Shown here piece after piece: positions 24,654 through 37,399 of a stretch of DNA of 64,000 nucleotides (the first letter of the stretch is position 1; each line of letters starts with the position of its first letter). The notes below the pieces were generated by a model that was given only the letters and a program-made list of their open reading frames with translations, was not told where the DNA came from and ran no database searches. The position numbers and the translations under genes are program-made. The DNA is from Zootoca vivipara (Eukaryota), in NCBI RefSeq assembly GCF_963506605.1, contig NC_083277.1, positions 17,980,001 through 18,044,000 on the forward strand, read 5' to 3'.

Positions 24654-25260
24654 CTCCCAAGAAGCAGGTGTCTTTTAATTTCACGACTGCTGTCACCATC
24701 TGCAGTGATCAAGGAGCCCAGGAAAGTAAAATCTCTCACTGCAATGACAAACCTAGACAACATCTTAAAAAGCAGAGACCTCACCTTGCCAACAAAGGTC
24801 CGTATAGTTAAAGCTATGGTTTTCCCAGTAGTGATGTATGGAAGTGGGAGCTGGACCATAAAGAAGGCTGATCACCAAAGAATTGATGCTTTTGAATTAT
24901 GGTGCTGGAGGAGATTCTTGAGTGTCCCATGGACTGCAAAAAAATCAAACCTATCCATTCTGAAGGAAATCAGCCCTGTGTGCTCACTAGAAGGACAGAT
25001 CCTGAAGCTGAGGCTCCAATACTTTGGCCACCTCATGAGAAGAGAAGACTCCCTGGAAAAGACCCTGATGTTGGGAAAGATGGAGGGCACTAGGAGAAGG
25101 GGACGACTGAGGACGAGATGTCTGGACAGTGTTCTTGAAGCTACGAACATGAGTTTGACCAAACTGCGGGAGGCAGTGGAAGACAGGAGTGCCTGGCGTG
25201 CTCTGGTCCATGGGGTCACGAAGAGTCGGACACGACTAAACAACTAAACAACAACAACAA
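24654..25260 (+). mobile_element. BovB 3' fragment with 5' inversion (24654-24742)
   Basis: Sense part from 24741; TSD AATCCATGCTC (24646-24656, 25259-25269). Confidence 0.9.
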
Positions 25261-25644
25261 TCCATGCTCTCGCAAGGATGTGAAGAAATAAAGACATCTC
25301 TGTGGATCAGCTAACACGACCACTCTGCATGTGGCCGGGCTGTTGTAGCTCATTGAACAGGTGCAGTTTGGGCAGGTCAAAGGTCTCCAATTCTGCTGCG
25401 GCACATTTTTAGTGTGGCAAGATGTCAGGAAGCATGTCTGCAAGAACCTTTCCAAAGTTGGAAAGCCGAATAGCCTGGGCTGTGCTTGTTTTGACGAGTG
25501 TTGACTTTTTCCGCCTTAAGCTGAACTTCCCTAGTGTTGGGAAATGCTTATAAAATCTGTACTATCAAGAGCCATCGCTCAATAGTGAAGCAAAAACAAA
25601 ACCACTTACCTTCATGTGCCCATTTCTGGATATATAGAAGAGAC

Positions 25645-26021
25645 AGGAGCTCACCCCGTCGTGTGGATTTGAACCGCCAACCTTCTGATCGGCAAGCCCA
25701 AGAGGCTCAGCGGTTTAGACCACAGCACCATTGCTTTATCCCAGCTTCTGCCAACCTAGCAGTTCGAAAGCACACCAGTGCAAGTAGATAAATAGGAGCC
25801 GCCGCTGTGGCGGGAAGGTAAACGCGTTTCCGTGCGCTCTGGCACTCGTCACGGTGTTCAATTGCGCCAGAAGCGGTTTAGTCATGCTGGCCACGTGACC
25901 TGGAAAGCTGACTGTGGACAAATGCCAGCTCCCTCGGCCTGAAAGCGAGATGAGCGCTGCACCCCATAGCCACCTATGACTGGAGTTAACCGTCCAGGGG
26001 TCCTTTACCTTTTACCTTACC
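25645..26021 (+). mobile_element. Sauria SINE with inverted 5' head
   Basis: 25646-25730 antisense head, remainder sense; TSD ATATAGAARAGAC. Confidence 0.85.
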
Positions 26022-27159
26022 ATATAGAAAAGACTTTGGATGGAGGAGGCAACGACAGCTCTAAATAAAATCTATGAAAAAGCTATAATAATTAATAGAA
26101 ATACCTTGTAACATCAGGTATCCTGGTTTACTGAAATGAGGTTGCCCTTCAAAATAGCAGCATCTCAGTGCTGGAAGCCCTAAGTTGTGTCATCTTAGTT
26201 AGTTAGTTTGTTTTTTACCCATGATGATTTCAGCCTCTTTCTCAGGGGCTAGGGCTGGAAAGTTCTTCAGAACGCACCAGTTTTAGTTCTCCTGGCAGCA
26301 TGGTGAAAATCACCTGAGGAAGAACTAAAGAGCAACATTTGGCATTCCTCAGGCACTTCAAAGTTTAAAATATCTGGTAAGGTATTCTTGGTGACTTTTG
26401 ACTTTAGGGAAATTGGTCCTAAGTCCTTAATTAAGAAGTTGTTGATGGAAACATTGCTCTAAGGAATTCTGTAAGATACGTGATTGCAGTTCTACCTATT
26501 GATGTTTATGCAGAATCCTCTACATTTACCTTTTCATTTCCAGATCATGAAGCTGAAGTGGTATTTGTGCATTTGCTGTGTTACCCAGGGGTACCCTTCA
26601 TTTCCAGCCGTCCTCAAACTGACCTGTCCTTTTGAACCTATTGATTTGGTTGCCTCACCTCAAGAAGGATATTGTAGAGCTGGAAAAGTTTCAGAAAGGG
26701 CAACCGAAGTGATCAAGGGGCTGGAGCAACTCCCTGGTGAGGAAAAGTTGCTGAATTTGATACTTTTTAGTTTAGAGAAAAGGCAAATCAGAGATGACGT
26801 GATGGAAATTTATAAAATTATTAGGCATGGATTTAAAGATATACACATATTTTTTACATTCGTCCTGACTCCACACAAAAGATTCCATTCCTCTAAAGAG
26901 TGTGTGTTGGGTCTATCCAGATTTGTTGGACTTCATCACCCATCATCCCTGATCTAGCTGGCTGAAGCTGATGGGAGTCGGAGTCTAACAACATCTGGAA
27001 GGCTACAGGTTCCCCACATCACATCTGGAAAATAGTTAACGCTCTTACCAAGCCGCTCATATTCCAAAAACCGTGCAAATTGCCAAACGAATTTTTGGGG
27101 AGAATTCTAGGGACAGAACTACCCAAACTGTATAGAAATTTATTAATGTAGGCGACTAC

Positions 27160-27520
27160 AGTGGCACTGTGGGTTAAACCACAGAGTCTAGGGCTTGCTG
27201 ATCAGAAGGTTGGCAGTTCGAATCCCTGCAACGGGGTGAGCTCCCATTGCTCGGTCCCAGCTCCTGCCCACCTAGCAGTTCGAAAGCACATCAAAGTACA
27301 AGTAGATAAATAGGGACCGCTCTGACGGGAAGGTAAACGGCGTTTCCATGCGCTGCTCTGGTTCGCCAGAAGCAGCTTTGTCATGCTGGCCACATGACCC
27401 AGAAGCTGTCTGCGGACAAACGCCGGCTCCCTCGGCCTATATAGCGAGATGAGCGCCGCAACTCCAGAGTCGGACACGACTGGACCTGATGGTCAGGGGC
27501 CCCTTTACCTTTACCTTTAC
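27160..27520 (+). mobile_element. Sauria SINE
   Basis: Full body, CCTTTACCTTTAC tail. Confidence 0.9.
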
Positions 27521-27970
27521 AGTGGCAAGAATGTTATTTGCCCCAAAATGGAAAGAAGAAGAAGTCCCAGCGAAAGAAGAATGGATACAAAAACTTATGG
27601 AATACGCAGAAATGGTGAAATTTGCCAGAAAAATAAGAAATCAAAATAACAAACTTTTTATAAAAGAACGGAAATGGTTTATTGAATGTTTACAAACAAG
27701 CTGTAGACAGATAAGAACATTGGCAGGACTAACCTGCAGTTTTATACATTTAATGTAATAACCTGCAGTTTTATACATTTAAAGTAGATGAGTAAATGAT
27801 TACCGGTAAGTTAATTTGGAATATGCAGAAAATATTTTATAAAAAAAATTAAGGAACCGCAGAAAGAGGGAGAAGGAAGTCAAGTTTTGAAATGTTTAAA
27901 TGATTGTAAAATTATTGAAATGTATAAAATTGAAAATCATAAATAATTTTTTATTTAAAAAAAAAACAAA
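27521..27970 (+). mobile_element. L1/Tx1-like LINE 3' fragment
   Basis: ARMLFAPKWKEEEVPAKEEWIQKLMEYAEM; A-rich tail. Confidence 0.7.
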
Positions 27971-28892
27971 TATGCAAATTGTATTTTGAGGTTCTTGCCT
28001 TAACTTGCCTGCAGGAAAGCTGGTGTATATTCCCACGTACAGTGCTCGATTAAATTTAGTCTTCATTTATCTTAGATAAATCTAAGAACAAGATCTTCAC
28101 ATGGCCCTTAGTGTCCAGTTCATAGAACATAACACAATACCCATATTTAAGATTACCCCTGCTCCACAACCCTCCAAGGTTGGCTGTCTGCTTCTGGAAA
28201 CTGCAAGAGGGGAGTGTGCTTTTCTGCTCTTCTGCTTGGGTCCTCCTCGGGGGATTTCCATAGGTATCAGGTTGGCCACTGTGAGAACAAGACATTAGGC
28301 TATATGGGCCATTGGCTGATCCAACAAGGTCTTCTTATGGTCTTTGTTGTGGTTTTATGCTCTCTATTTACTGCTGAATCAGAGCAAGCATCCATTGGGT
28401 TTTATCCGCATTGATTTTTGCTCTGATGCAGCACTAAAGGGTGAGTTTCTGGAGGGAAGTGCCAGGGTAAAGGAGAAACCGCTTTGACCCATGCCTAGAA
28501 AGAATGGTGTTTCCATGAAATATGGTCTCAGCTTCCTAAACGCTTTTCAGGCAGTGTGTGAAAAGTTCCACTGTAGATAGGACAATGACACGACACAGAA
28601 AATATCTGGACTACTGCCATTAAAACTTGAAAGGGCAATGATAATACTACGACTTTCTTTCTAGATAACTGGGGTGTGGGGGTTGCACCAGGAACAATCA
28701 TCATGGAAATATATACCCATAAATGCTAGTAAAGTTTTAGCCCCTGTATTTACAGCAGATCATCTATGATTGCTGTGTTTTTAATTGAGTTTACTGATGG
28801 AAAACATGGGTGCATAGCTAACAATTATTATTGTTTCGCAATTTCCGAAACTCCAAATATCAACATGATCCAGAAGGGCTCTTCCAACGTTT

Positions 28893-29831
28893 TCACGGAA
28901 GTGCCTTCAGTTTCCTGAACAGTTTCCCTAAGGCTGCTAGTACATCCCGGTTTCTCAGGCTGTATATAAAAGGATTCACAGTGGAGGTGACAATTGTGCA
29001 CAATGCAGCAAAAATCTGGTTCATCTCTGCTGAGTAGGAGGAGGCTGGCCTTAGGTGCCGCAAGATGGCCGACCCATAGAAGATGGCTACTACACACAAG
29101 TGTGACGAACAGGTGCCCAGTGCTTTGTGGCTTCTTTCTGCTGAACGCTTAGCCCTCAGAATCTGCAGGAGGATGGACACGTAGGAGGCCACAATGATGG
29201 AGAAGGGGAACAGAAGCAATAGATGGCTACCAATTAATAACGACACTGTTTCAAAGAGGGATGTATCTGAACAGGACAACTTTATCAGGACGTGGAACTC
29301 ACAGAAAAAATGGTTTATCACATTTGATCCACAGTATGAAAGAGTTAGTAAATAAATTGCTTTCATCAATGCATAATGGAAAGATGAAATCCATACACTG
29401 GCTGACATGACTAAGCATAACTTTCTTCTCATGAGAGCTGGATATTGCAGAGGGCGGCAAATGGCCACATACCTGTCATATGACATGACAGCCAACAGGA
29501 GGCACTCTGCTCCTCCTATGTTCAGAATGAGGAAAACCTGGGCCACACACCCAACCAGAGAAATCGTTTTGGACTCTGTTGCAAAATCCATTGCTGCTCT
29601 GGGAACAATGACGAGGACTTGGCACATATCCATGAAGGACAACTGGCTGAGGAAAAAATACATTGGAGTCTGAAGACTTGAGTCCACCTGGATCACAACC
29701 AGGAGGAGACTATTTCCTAGCAAAGCAACCATGGACATCAATAGGAAGACAGCAAAAGAAATAGCTGGTAGCTTTGTTTGGCTTAGAAAGCCCAGGAGAA
29801 CAAGCTCTGTCCGATTATGTTGCATTTCCAT
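28893..29831 (-). CDS. Olfactory receptor, class II; more divergent 'type C' (OR-4), intact
   Basis: MEMQHNRTEL start, LQTPMYFFL, MSYDRYVAICRPLQY, HFFCE, KALGTCSSHL, NPFIYSLRN; acceptor AG on minus strand at 29867-29866. Confidence 0.93.
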   Translation of the reverse strand: MEMQHNRTELVLLGFLSQTKLPAISFAVFLLMSMVALLGNSLLLVVIQVDSSLQTPMYFFLSQLSFMDMCQVLVIVPRAAMDFATESKTISLVGCVAQVFLILNIGGAECLLLAVMSYDRYVAICRPLQYPALMRRKLCLVMSASVWISSFHYALMKAIYLLTLSYCGSNVINHFFCEFHVLIKLSCSDTSLFETVSLLIGSHLLLLFPFSIIVASYVSILLQILRAKRSAERSHKALGTCSSHLCVVAIFYGSAILRHLRPASSYSAEMNQIFAALCTIVTSTVNPFIYSLRNRDVLAALGKLFRKLKALP

Positions 29832-31233
29832 GTCCCATTTCTCGTTTCGTCTGACTTCCTGAGATCTGAAAATGCAAGGAGACATTTGGGAGGGAAACAA
29901 AGCCACAAAATGCTAGACGTTTCTACACATTCTTTTCTTTTCTTGAATGGCTAATTCACTGAGCATCAACAAATGGACAGCTTCCCCACCCCCCACCCCA
30001 AAAAAAGCCCTACTGATTTATTTATTTTAAAGCATAATTGAATGAAATTTACGTAGAAAATATATTTGCTAATTGCAGTCACCTTTATATAAAATATATA
30101 TACTCAGAGAAGGCCCATTTAAGGTCCATTGATTTCAAAGGATTGTAGCCAATAAGGTTGTCCTGTTTGTGCAAGAAGTTCCACCTGTGCAATAGGATTT
30201 CTTCTCTGTCTCCCCTCATTGTGTTCTGTTCTGGGTCCCCCACCCTACCTTCAGGGATAGATTTGGGAGGTCAAGCAGAGGGGAAGCCTTGTGCTGGCAA
30301 AAGTCTGGAATAAGAATGCCATTTCAAGGAGATATTACCCAAGTCAGATTCCATTGAACCAATATACAAACTGAGTTACCATTCAAGATGCAAACGTCTC
30401 CAGATTTTGGGCTATTTCTCTTCAGCCAACCAAGGTGCACACAAAAATGTGTATATTATGGGAACCTGACCCACTCGCCACAATTATTGGCAGGTGCTGT
30501 TGCTCCTTTGCCTTGCAACTGGTACCCCCTGCTCGCTTGTCAGAAGCAGCCAATGAGCAAGCAGGCAGTGACAGCTTCTTTTCTCCTCCTCCTCGCCTCT
30601 GTTGTAGTTTGGGTGGTCATCCCTTCTGGGGTGGCAGAGCAAGAGGAAGGTGAGCAAGCAGTTTGCAGACATGAACAGCAGGCGTCAATAGCCCCCTCTC
30701 CTGGGATGAGGGGCCTTGGCCCAGGCCAGTCAACCCTCAACACCAGCCTTGCCTTGACCAAAACCATCAGGAAGCCGCTTGCTTGTTCCACATTTCACAG
30801 TCAGCTCAGTTTTATCTCCTTGTACGAAACTCAAAGGAAAAGCTCGTTCACGATTTATATGGATAGATAAAGGAAGAATAATTCTGCTTGAATAACTGGG
30901 GACATGCTATAGTTAAACAAAAGTCTGAGCTGGAACATGCACAGCTGGTGAAAAGATGGGAAATGAATAGAAATTAGGAAAAAGTATGTTATTGTGAGCA
31001 GCAAAGGAAGGAGAGAAAAGAAATAACTGGAAGGGGGTGGGAACCCATCATTTGAATTTGTTTTAAATTTGAATTAATTTGTTGTTTTTATAAAAAAAAA
31101 TCAATTGGCAAATTTAAAAAAAGGAAAAGCTCATTCATACATTCTTCTTTTGTGGAGGATATAAAGCTAGGCTTGCTATCCTAACACTTAACTTTAAACT
31201 TACTTCTGGGTAGACATGGTAGTAACTAGCTAT

Positions 31234-31236
<3 letters not shown>

Positions 31237-31290
<54 letters not shown>
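31237..31290. repeat. (GA)n microsatellite
   Basis: Direct reading. Confidence 0.98.
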
Positions 31291-31292
<2 letters not shown>

Positions 31293-31437
31293 AAGACTTA
31301 AGAACTTCTGCAAACAGTAGTCTTATATTCTCTTTGCATCACCTACCTTCTTCTCTGGCACAAGGTGAATGGCAGAAGGGAAACATTATCTTTAATTGCC
31401 TAATAAATGTGAATGTTCGCAAAAGAAAGGTATAAAC

Positions 31438-31685
31438 CAGGGGTCAGCAAACTTTTTCAGCAGGGGGCCAGTCCACTGTCCCTTAGACCTTGTGGGGGGC
31501 CAGACTATATTTTGAAGGGAAAAAAAATGAACAAATTCCTATGCCCCACAAATAATCCAGAGATGCATTTTAAATAAAAGGACACATTCTACTCATGTAA
31601 AAACATGCTGATTCCCTGGACCGTCCGCGGACTGGATTTAGAGGGCGATTGGGCTGCATCCGGCCCCCAGGCCTTAGTTTGGGGA
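31438..31685 (+). mobile_element. hAT (Charlie-like) MITE
   Basis: CAGGGGTCAGCAAAC 5' end; family also at 44758, 63757 and partial at 19330, 31890. Confidence 0.8.
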
Positions 31686-32397
31686 TAAACACAGCATTTG
31701 AGCTGTAATCCCATGCACATTTACCTGGAAGTAAGATAGAGGATTAATTTGATTTTGTTTGCATTGAAAACTACTTAATTCGGACTTTCTGAAACAATAT
31801 GCAAACCAAAGTACACCTATCAGTCAAAATTCACATCTCTCTGAATTTTGCAGAGCTTCCCCCCCTCACCTGAACCATATTTCAAATGGCACATTCTACT
31901 CATGTAAAAACACGCTGATTCCCAGACCGTCCGTGGGCCAGATTTAGAAGGCGATTGGGCTGGATCTGGCCCCTGGGCCTTAGTTCGCCTACCCATGGTC
32001 TAAAGGATCTTTTTTGCTGCTGTGTTCTGGAGTATTGGGTCAAATATTTACCGGTATCACTGTGAATCCTGAGTATTGCACTGAGATGACCCAGTATCAC
32101 CGCAGCTCCTCAAAAAGTGGTCTCTGATCTTTGCATTGATGTAACTTCAAAATGATCTACAGCTCTGCTCTGGTAAGATGGTTGAACTCTTTTATTCATT
32201 GCTTTGCTGCGAGGGGCAGTTAAAGCTGGTTTTAAAAGTGAAACGCTGCCTGCATCACCCAAGGGAAGACTGTCCCAAGACTTTAATTAATGTGGATTAC
32301 AGTAAAGCAAAATGTACTTGAATAATTTTTCATTGGCAGGTGCCTTGCAACTTAGTGCTCCTCTGCTTTTGAATATGGATATCACTTGGCGCGGGTG

Positions 32398-32924
32398 CAG
32401 GGGCGTCTTAGCCATAGAGGCTACTGGAGCAAGGCGCCACGGTGCCAAGTTCTGGAGATGCGTTGGAGGGCGCCTCCGCCATGCCACGCCACGCTGTGCC
32501 TGGAGCCTCCTCCCTGCCAGAGGAGCAGCACTCAAGCCCCGCCGGCAGTGCCGCCCTCGCCCGCCTCTTCTTGGGCTGCGGGCACCATTGCGGGGAAGCC
32601 GGCCGCAAGCCTCCCATTGGCGCTGCAGCCAGGGCTGCCTGGACGGCAGCGCTGCACAGCCGCTTTGGCCGAGGAGGCGGAGGCAGAGGCGGACCACAGC
32701 TGGCAGCATCACCGCCCATCAGGCTGCCCCCTCCGGTGGCCTGCCGTGCCTGGCCCTGCCCAGCGGAGTGCGAGTCCGGCGTCGCCGTTGCTGGTCCTGC
32801 TCACAGCGGGCGAAAAGCAGAAGCAGGGGGGAGTGGCGCCTTGGAGGTTTTCCGGGTGGGAAAGGGGGCGGGGCGCCGGAGTAATCTCTGAACCACGGCG
32901 CTGGATAGGCTTAAGACGGCCCTG
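32398..32924. mobile_element. GC-rich hAT (Tip100-like) element inserted in the head of a Sauria SINE
   Basis: CAGGGGCGTCTTA..TAAGACGGCCCTG TIRs; TSD CGCGGGTG/TGCGGGTG. Confidence 0.85.
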
Positions 32925-33303
32925 TGCGGGTGGCACTGTGGTCTAAACCACTGAGCCTCTTGGGCTTGCTGGTCAGAAGGTTGGCGGTTCGAATCCGCAT
33001 GACAGAGTGAGCTCCCGTTGCTCTGTCCCAGCTCCTGCTAACCTAGCAGTTCCAAAGCATGCTAGTGCAAGTAGATAAATAGGTACCACTGTGGCGGGAA
33101 GGTAAATGGCATTTCCGTGCGCTCTGGCTTCCGTCACTGTGTCCCGTTGCAGCAGAAGCGGTTTAGTCATGCTGGCCACGTGACCCAGAAAGCCGTCTGT
33201 GGACAAATGCTGGCTCCCTTGGCCTGAAAGCGAGATGGGCACCCGAACCCCATAGTTGCCTTTGACTGGACTTAACCGTCCAGGGGTCCTTTACCTTTTA
33301 CCT
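32925..33303 (+). mobile_element. Sauria SINE
   Basis: Body and CCTTTACC tail. Confidence 0.9.
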
Positions 33304-34112
33304 AAAGGACACAGGACTCAGGCCTATGAGGCAAAATTGTGTAAATGTGTAGAATACTTCCAGGCATATTAAAATGTTGGAGGCTGAGTTTTCCCTGGAA
33401 CCTGATGGTAGGAAAACAATCCAAAGTCTATTTGCTACTAAATTCCAATTGAGTTTCCGGGATCTCCATTGCAAAATTCAGCTTTCGTCAATAACAGCTT
33501 TGTATTCTTCTGCATCCAGGGCATTGCTATTACTAAGAGAAACATTTCTGAGGTCTTAATTACAAATCTCTCTCTCTAGGCAGAAATGGATAAATAATAC
33601 TCAGGATACTTTACGTCCAATTAGTAAGACTTACACACCTGTGAAAGAATACGGCCCAAACTCAATTCAGTAAACTGAAATCTAATTGCATCACTTGTTT
33701 AGTTTGTTCCGACTTTAATTCTCTGGGGTGTGAACTTAAGTAATCTCCAAGGCTGTAAGTTGAATAAGTAAATAAAAAGTTAACCCTTAATTGCTGAACC
33801 TTTCAATAATTATATATCCATGATACGTTTTAGACATAACGTAGAAATTTGTAATTAAGTGTAGAAGTTTTGAATTTACTCGGTCCTCCCCACAATAGCA
33901 AATGAGTTTTATGTATGAATACAGGAAACTGCCATAAAGTATATCCCAAACAAGGAGCTCTCCCCCAACACTTGCCCCATTTCTATATTATTATAATAAT
34001 TTAATATCTGTACCCTGCCCATCTGACTGGGTTGCCCCAGCCACTCTGGGAGGCATTTCTGAACTTCTATCATTGACATATGCAGTTTGTTTTTTCTTTC
34101 TTTCTCACCACC

Positions 34113-34640
34113 TAGAATCACAGAATTGTGGAGCTGGAAAGTACCCCTAGGGTCATCAAGTCCAACCCCTGCAATGCAGAAGTCACAGTTAAGACTTCCT
34201 GACAGATGGCCATCCAACCTCTGCTTAAAAACCTCTAATGAAGGAGACTCCACTACCTTCCAATGTAGTCCATTCCACTGTTAAACAGCTCTTACTGTCA
34301 GAAAGTTCTCCTTTCTTGTAATTCTCCTTTCTTGTAACTTGAATCCATTGGTTTGGGTCCTACCCTCTGGAGCAGCAGAAAACAAGCTTGCTCCATCTTC
34401 CATGTGACAGGTATCGGAAGGTGGCTATCATATCACCTCTCAGTCTCTCTGCTCCAGGCTACACATACCCAACTCCCTCAACCATTCATCATAAGGCTTG
34501 GTTTTCCAGGCCCTTTGATCATCTCGGTCGGCCTCCTCTGAACACTTTCCACATTGTTGAAATCCTTCTTAAATTGTGGTGGCCAGAAAAGGACATAGGA
34601 CTCCAGGTGTGGCCTGACCAAGGCAGAATAGAGTGGGACT
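34113..34640 (-). mobile_element. CR1 LINE 3' fragment, degraded
   Basis: [17 protein letters not shown]; ATTCTGTGATTCTA tail. Confidence 0.85.
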
Positions 34641-35295
34641 TTTTACTTCCCTCGATACTTCTTTTCCCCCAGACATCTTTATTGAAAAGTACATAATAAA
34701 ATAAAATAAATAAAAGTAAAGTAAAGTAAATAAAAGAGAGAGAAAGAAAAATGAGAAACAGCACCCATGTAGAAGGGGAAATAAAGAGGGGGAGAACCCC
34801 AAAATGTATATTTTACAAAGTTGTTATTGTACTTCACCAGATCTTAACCTATTACAGTATTTTAAGAATGGATTCCAAATATCATTGAATTTGTCCATGG
34901 CAAATCTGCGTTTATATGCAAGTTGTTCATACGTTGCGAGTTTGTATAAGTCTTCAATCCAATCGAGGAACGGAGCCGGATTTTTATTTTTCCAAATCAT
35001 CAGTATCAGTCTTTGTGCCGTGGTAAGGGCACGGAGAGTCCACTCATATTGTCCTTTTGTAAGGTTCCATGTCCTGGGCGTATAATTTCCAAAGGATATT
35101 TTGCTCTGTAAATGTAAGGTTGTTCTGTACGTTCTATTGATAGTTTCAGTTACCTTCTGCCAAAAATGTTTCAATATACGACAAGGAAAAAACATATGTT
35201 TTAGAGAAGCATTATCCCTATTGTATCTCCAACAGTTAGATACCTTAGATAGCCCTTTTTAAAACAAACGTAATGGGGTCCAGTATATTGGCCTA

Positions 35296-35630
35296 GACAA
35301 GAGTCTAGGGCTTGCTGATCAGAAGGTCGGCGGTTCGAATCCCTGCAATGGAGTGAGCTCCCGTTGCTCGGTCCCAGCTCCTGCCCACCTAGCAGTTTGA
35401 AAGCACATCAAAGCGCAAGTAGATAAATAGGGACCGCTCCGGCGGGAAGGTAAACGGCGTTTCCGTGCGCTGCTCTGGTTCGCCAGAAGCAGCTTTGTCA
35501 TGCTGGCCACATGACCCGGAAGCTGTCTGCGGACAAACGCTGGCTCCCTCGGCCTATAGAGCGAGATGAGCGCCGCAACCCCAGAGTCGGACACAACTAG
35601 ACCTGATGGTCAGGGGCCCCTTTACCTTTA
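35296..35630 (+). mobile_element. Sauria SINE (5'-truncated) nested in L1
   Basis: Near-identical to 27160 copy. Confidence 0.9.
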
Positions 35631-36138
35631 TATTCTAAATATTATTATTTTTTCTTTGAGCCTCAATTTAAGGTCCAGAAATGCCCTTGTTATAGCACTT
35701 AAAACAGTTTCCTACTGTGTGGTAGAAATTGAGATCTCTAATTCTTTATTCCATTTCTCCCTCAGTACCTGTATATCAAATTGATTTGCTAGTAACAAAG
35801 ACTTAAATATGTTGCTGGCCGGGTTTCTTGTTGTGTAAGAATTGATCAACTGCTTCAATATCTCAGGAGTCTCTGAGGCTGTAAATTTATATTTTTTGAC
35901 ATGTGGTGTCATATCGTTCAAAATGATGTTATTGTTTCAATAGCATCTTGAGTATTAATGAATGTAGACCCACGTGCTGCCCATCTTTCTAAAGATGCTA
36001 CATAGGAATATTTCAAAGTAGCCCAATTTGGACAGTTGTTTTCAGTTATGGGTCTCCAGAATTGTGTACCTGACAGTAAATATGCTTGGTGATACAATTC
36101 TAAGTCTGGGATCCCAAATCCTCCTTCCTTTATCAGTA

Positions 36139-36391
36139 CAGTGGTACCTTGGTTTAAGAACAGCTTAGTTTATGAACAACTTGGATTAAGAATGCTGCAA
36201 ACCTGGAAGTAGGTGTTTTGGTTTGTGAACTTTGCCTTGGAAGCAGAACATGTTCCGCTTCCCTGTTGAGTGTGTTCCATTTGTAAATTGAGTCCCCCGC
36301 TGCTATGGGAAAGCACGCCTTGGTTTAAGAATGCTTTGGTTTAAGAACGGACTTCCTGAACAGATTAAGTTTGTAAACCAAGGCACCACTG
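36139..36391. mobile_element. Tigger-like MITE nested in L1
   Basis: TIRs CAGTGGTACCTTGGTTTA / TAAACCAAGGCACCACTG, TA flanks. Confidence 0.85.
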
Positions 36392-37399
36392 TATTTGCAT
36401 TTTTTGCATAGGCAAAGGCATTTTCTAAACAAAGATTTAATTTTGTGAAAGTATTTGCTCGGTATGTGAAGTGGAATTCCTCTTAAGATATAAACTACTC
36501 TAGGACTTAACGGTCAGGGGTCCCTTTAGCTTTATGCAAATATGAAATTGGTATTGTTTAAACGGTTAAACCAACAAGTTATTTCCTATTAACATCAACT
36601 CCAATTTGGACCAGTTTATAGTCTATCCAGAGATACTGCCAAAAACATCTATATTTTGCATTAACATTGGAACAGTACTGTGAGGTTTTGTGATAAACAG
36701 AAGAATATCATCTGCAAACATTACCAATTTGTAGTCAAGTGAGTTATGAATTACACCAAAGATTTCCTTATGTTGTCTAATAGAGTGGAGTCTCAGAAAC
36801 ATTTCTTTATTCTGTTTGTACATGGCATAACTAACACCATCTTGCTTCTGTACAAATTGCTTGCTGAATTAATCCTGTGTGCTTTTCAAAGAATGCCGGC
36901 AAAGGAATTTAGTGTGAAGTCTCAGGCCTCCTCTATGTTTTTGTATCAACAATAGTACACGCCAGGGTTTTCAAACAGATATTTAAAAGCAAAGGCGAAA
37001 GTGGGCACTATACTTATGATGATGGAACCTAGAATTACAATAGCATTTTTTGCTCCTGCACCACACTGTTTACTTGTCTTAAGCTGAGACCCGTAGATCC
37101 TTTTCAGATGTACAGCTGTCAAGCCAGGTGTCCCCCATCCTATATTTGTGCATCAGATTATTTGTGCCTACCGGTAAGTGCAGAACCATACATTTGTCAC
37201 TGTTGAAATTCATTTTGTTAGTTTTGGTCCAGTTCTCTAGCCTGTTAAGGTCATCTTGAATTCTGTCTTCTGCAGCATTAGCTACACCTCACCACCAGGT
37301 GATATGGAGAGGAATGGACAGAAATATCAAAAGGGGAAATCACAGAAAAATTAAGTAAAACTTTGTTCAAGCATTCATGGGAGGCAAATTTCCGCTTTT

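Larger units (their letters stand above)
34675..36740 (-). mobile_element. L1/Tx1-clade LINE, degraded, carrying nested Sauria SINE and MITE
   Basis: LVMFADDILLF RT motif near 36700, GGFGIPDL motif near 36110, C-terminal W..W region 34824-35195, poly(A)-like tail. Confidence 0.75.

Noticed and set aside
32287-32946. Multiple overlapping 100-190 aa ORFs / apparent CpG-island gene (also 21779-22461)
   Set aside because: Stop-poor GC-rich interior of TSD-flanked hAT elements; no protein motifs
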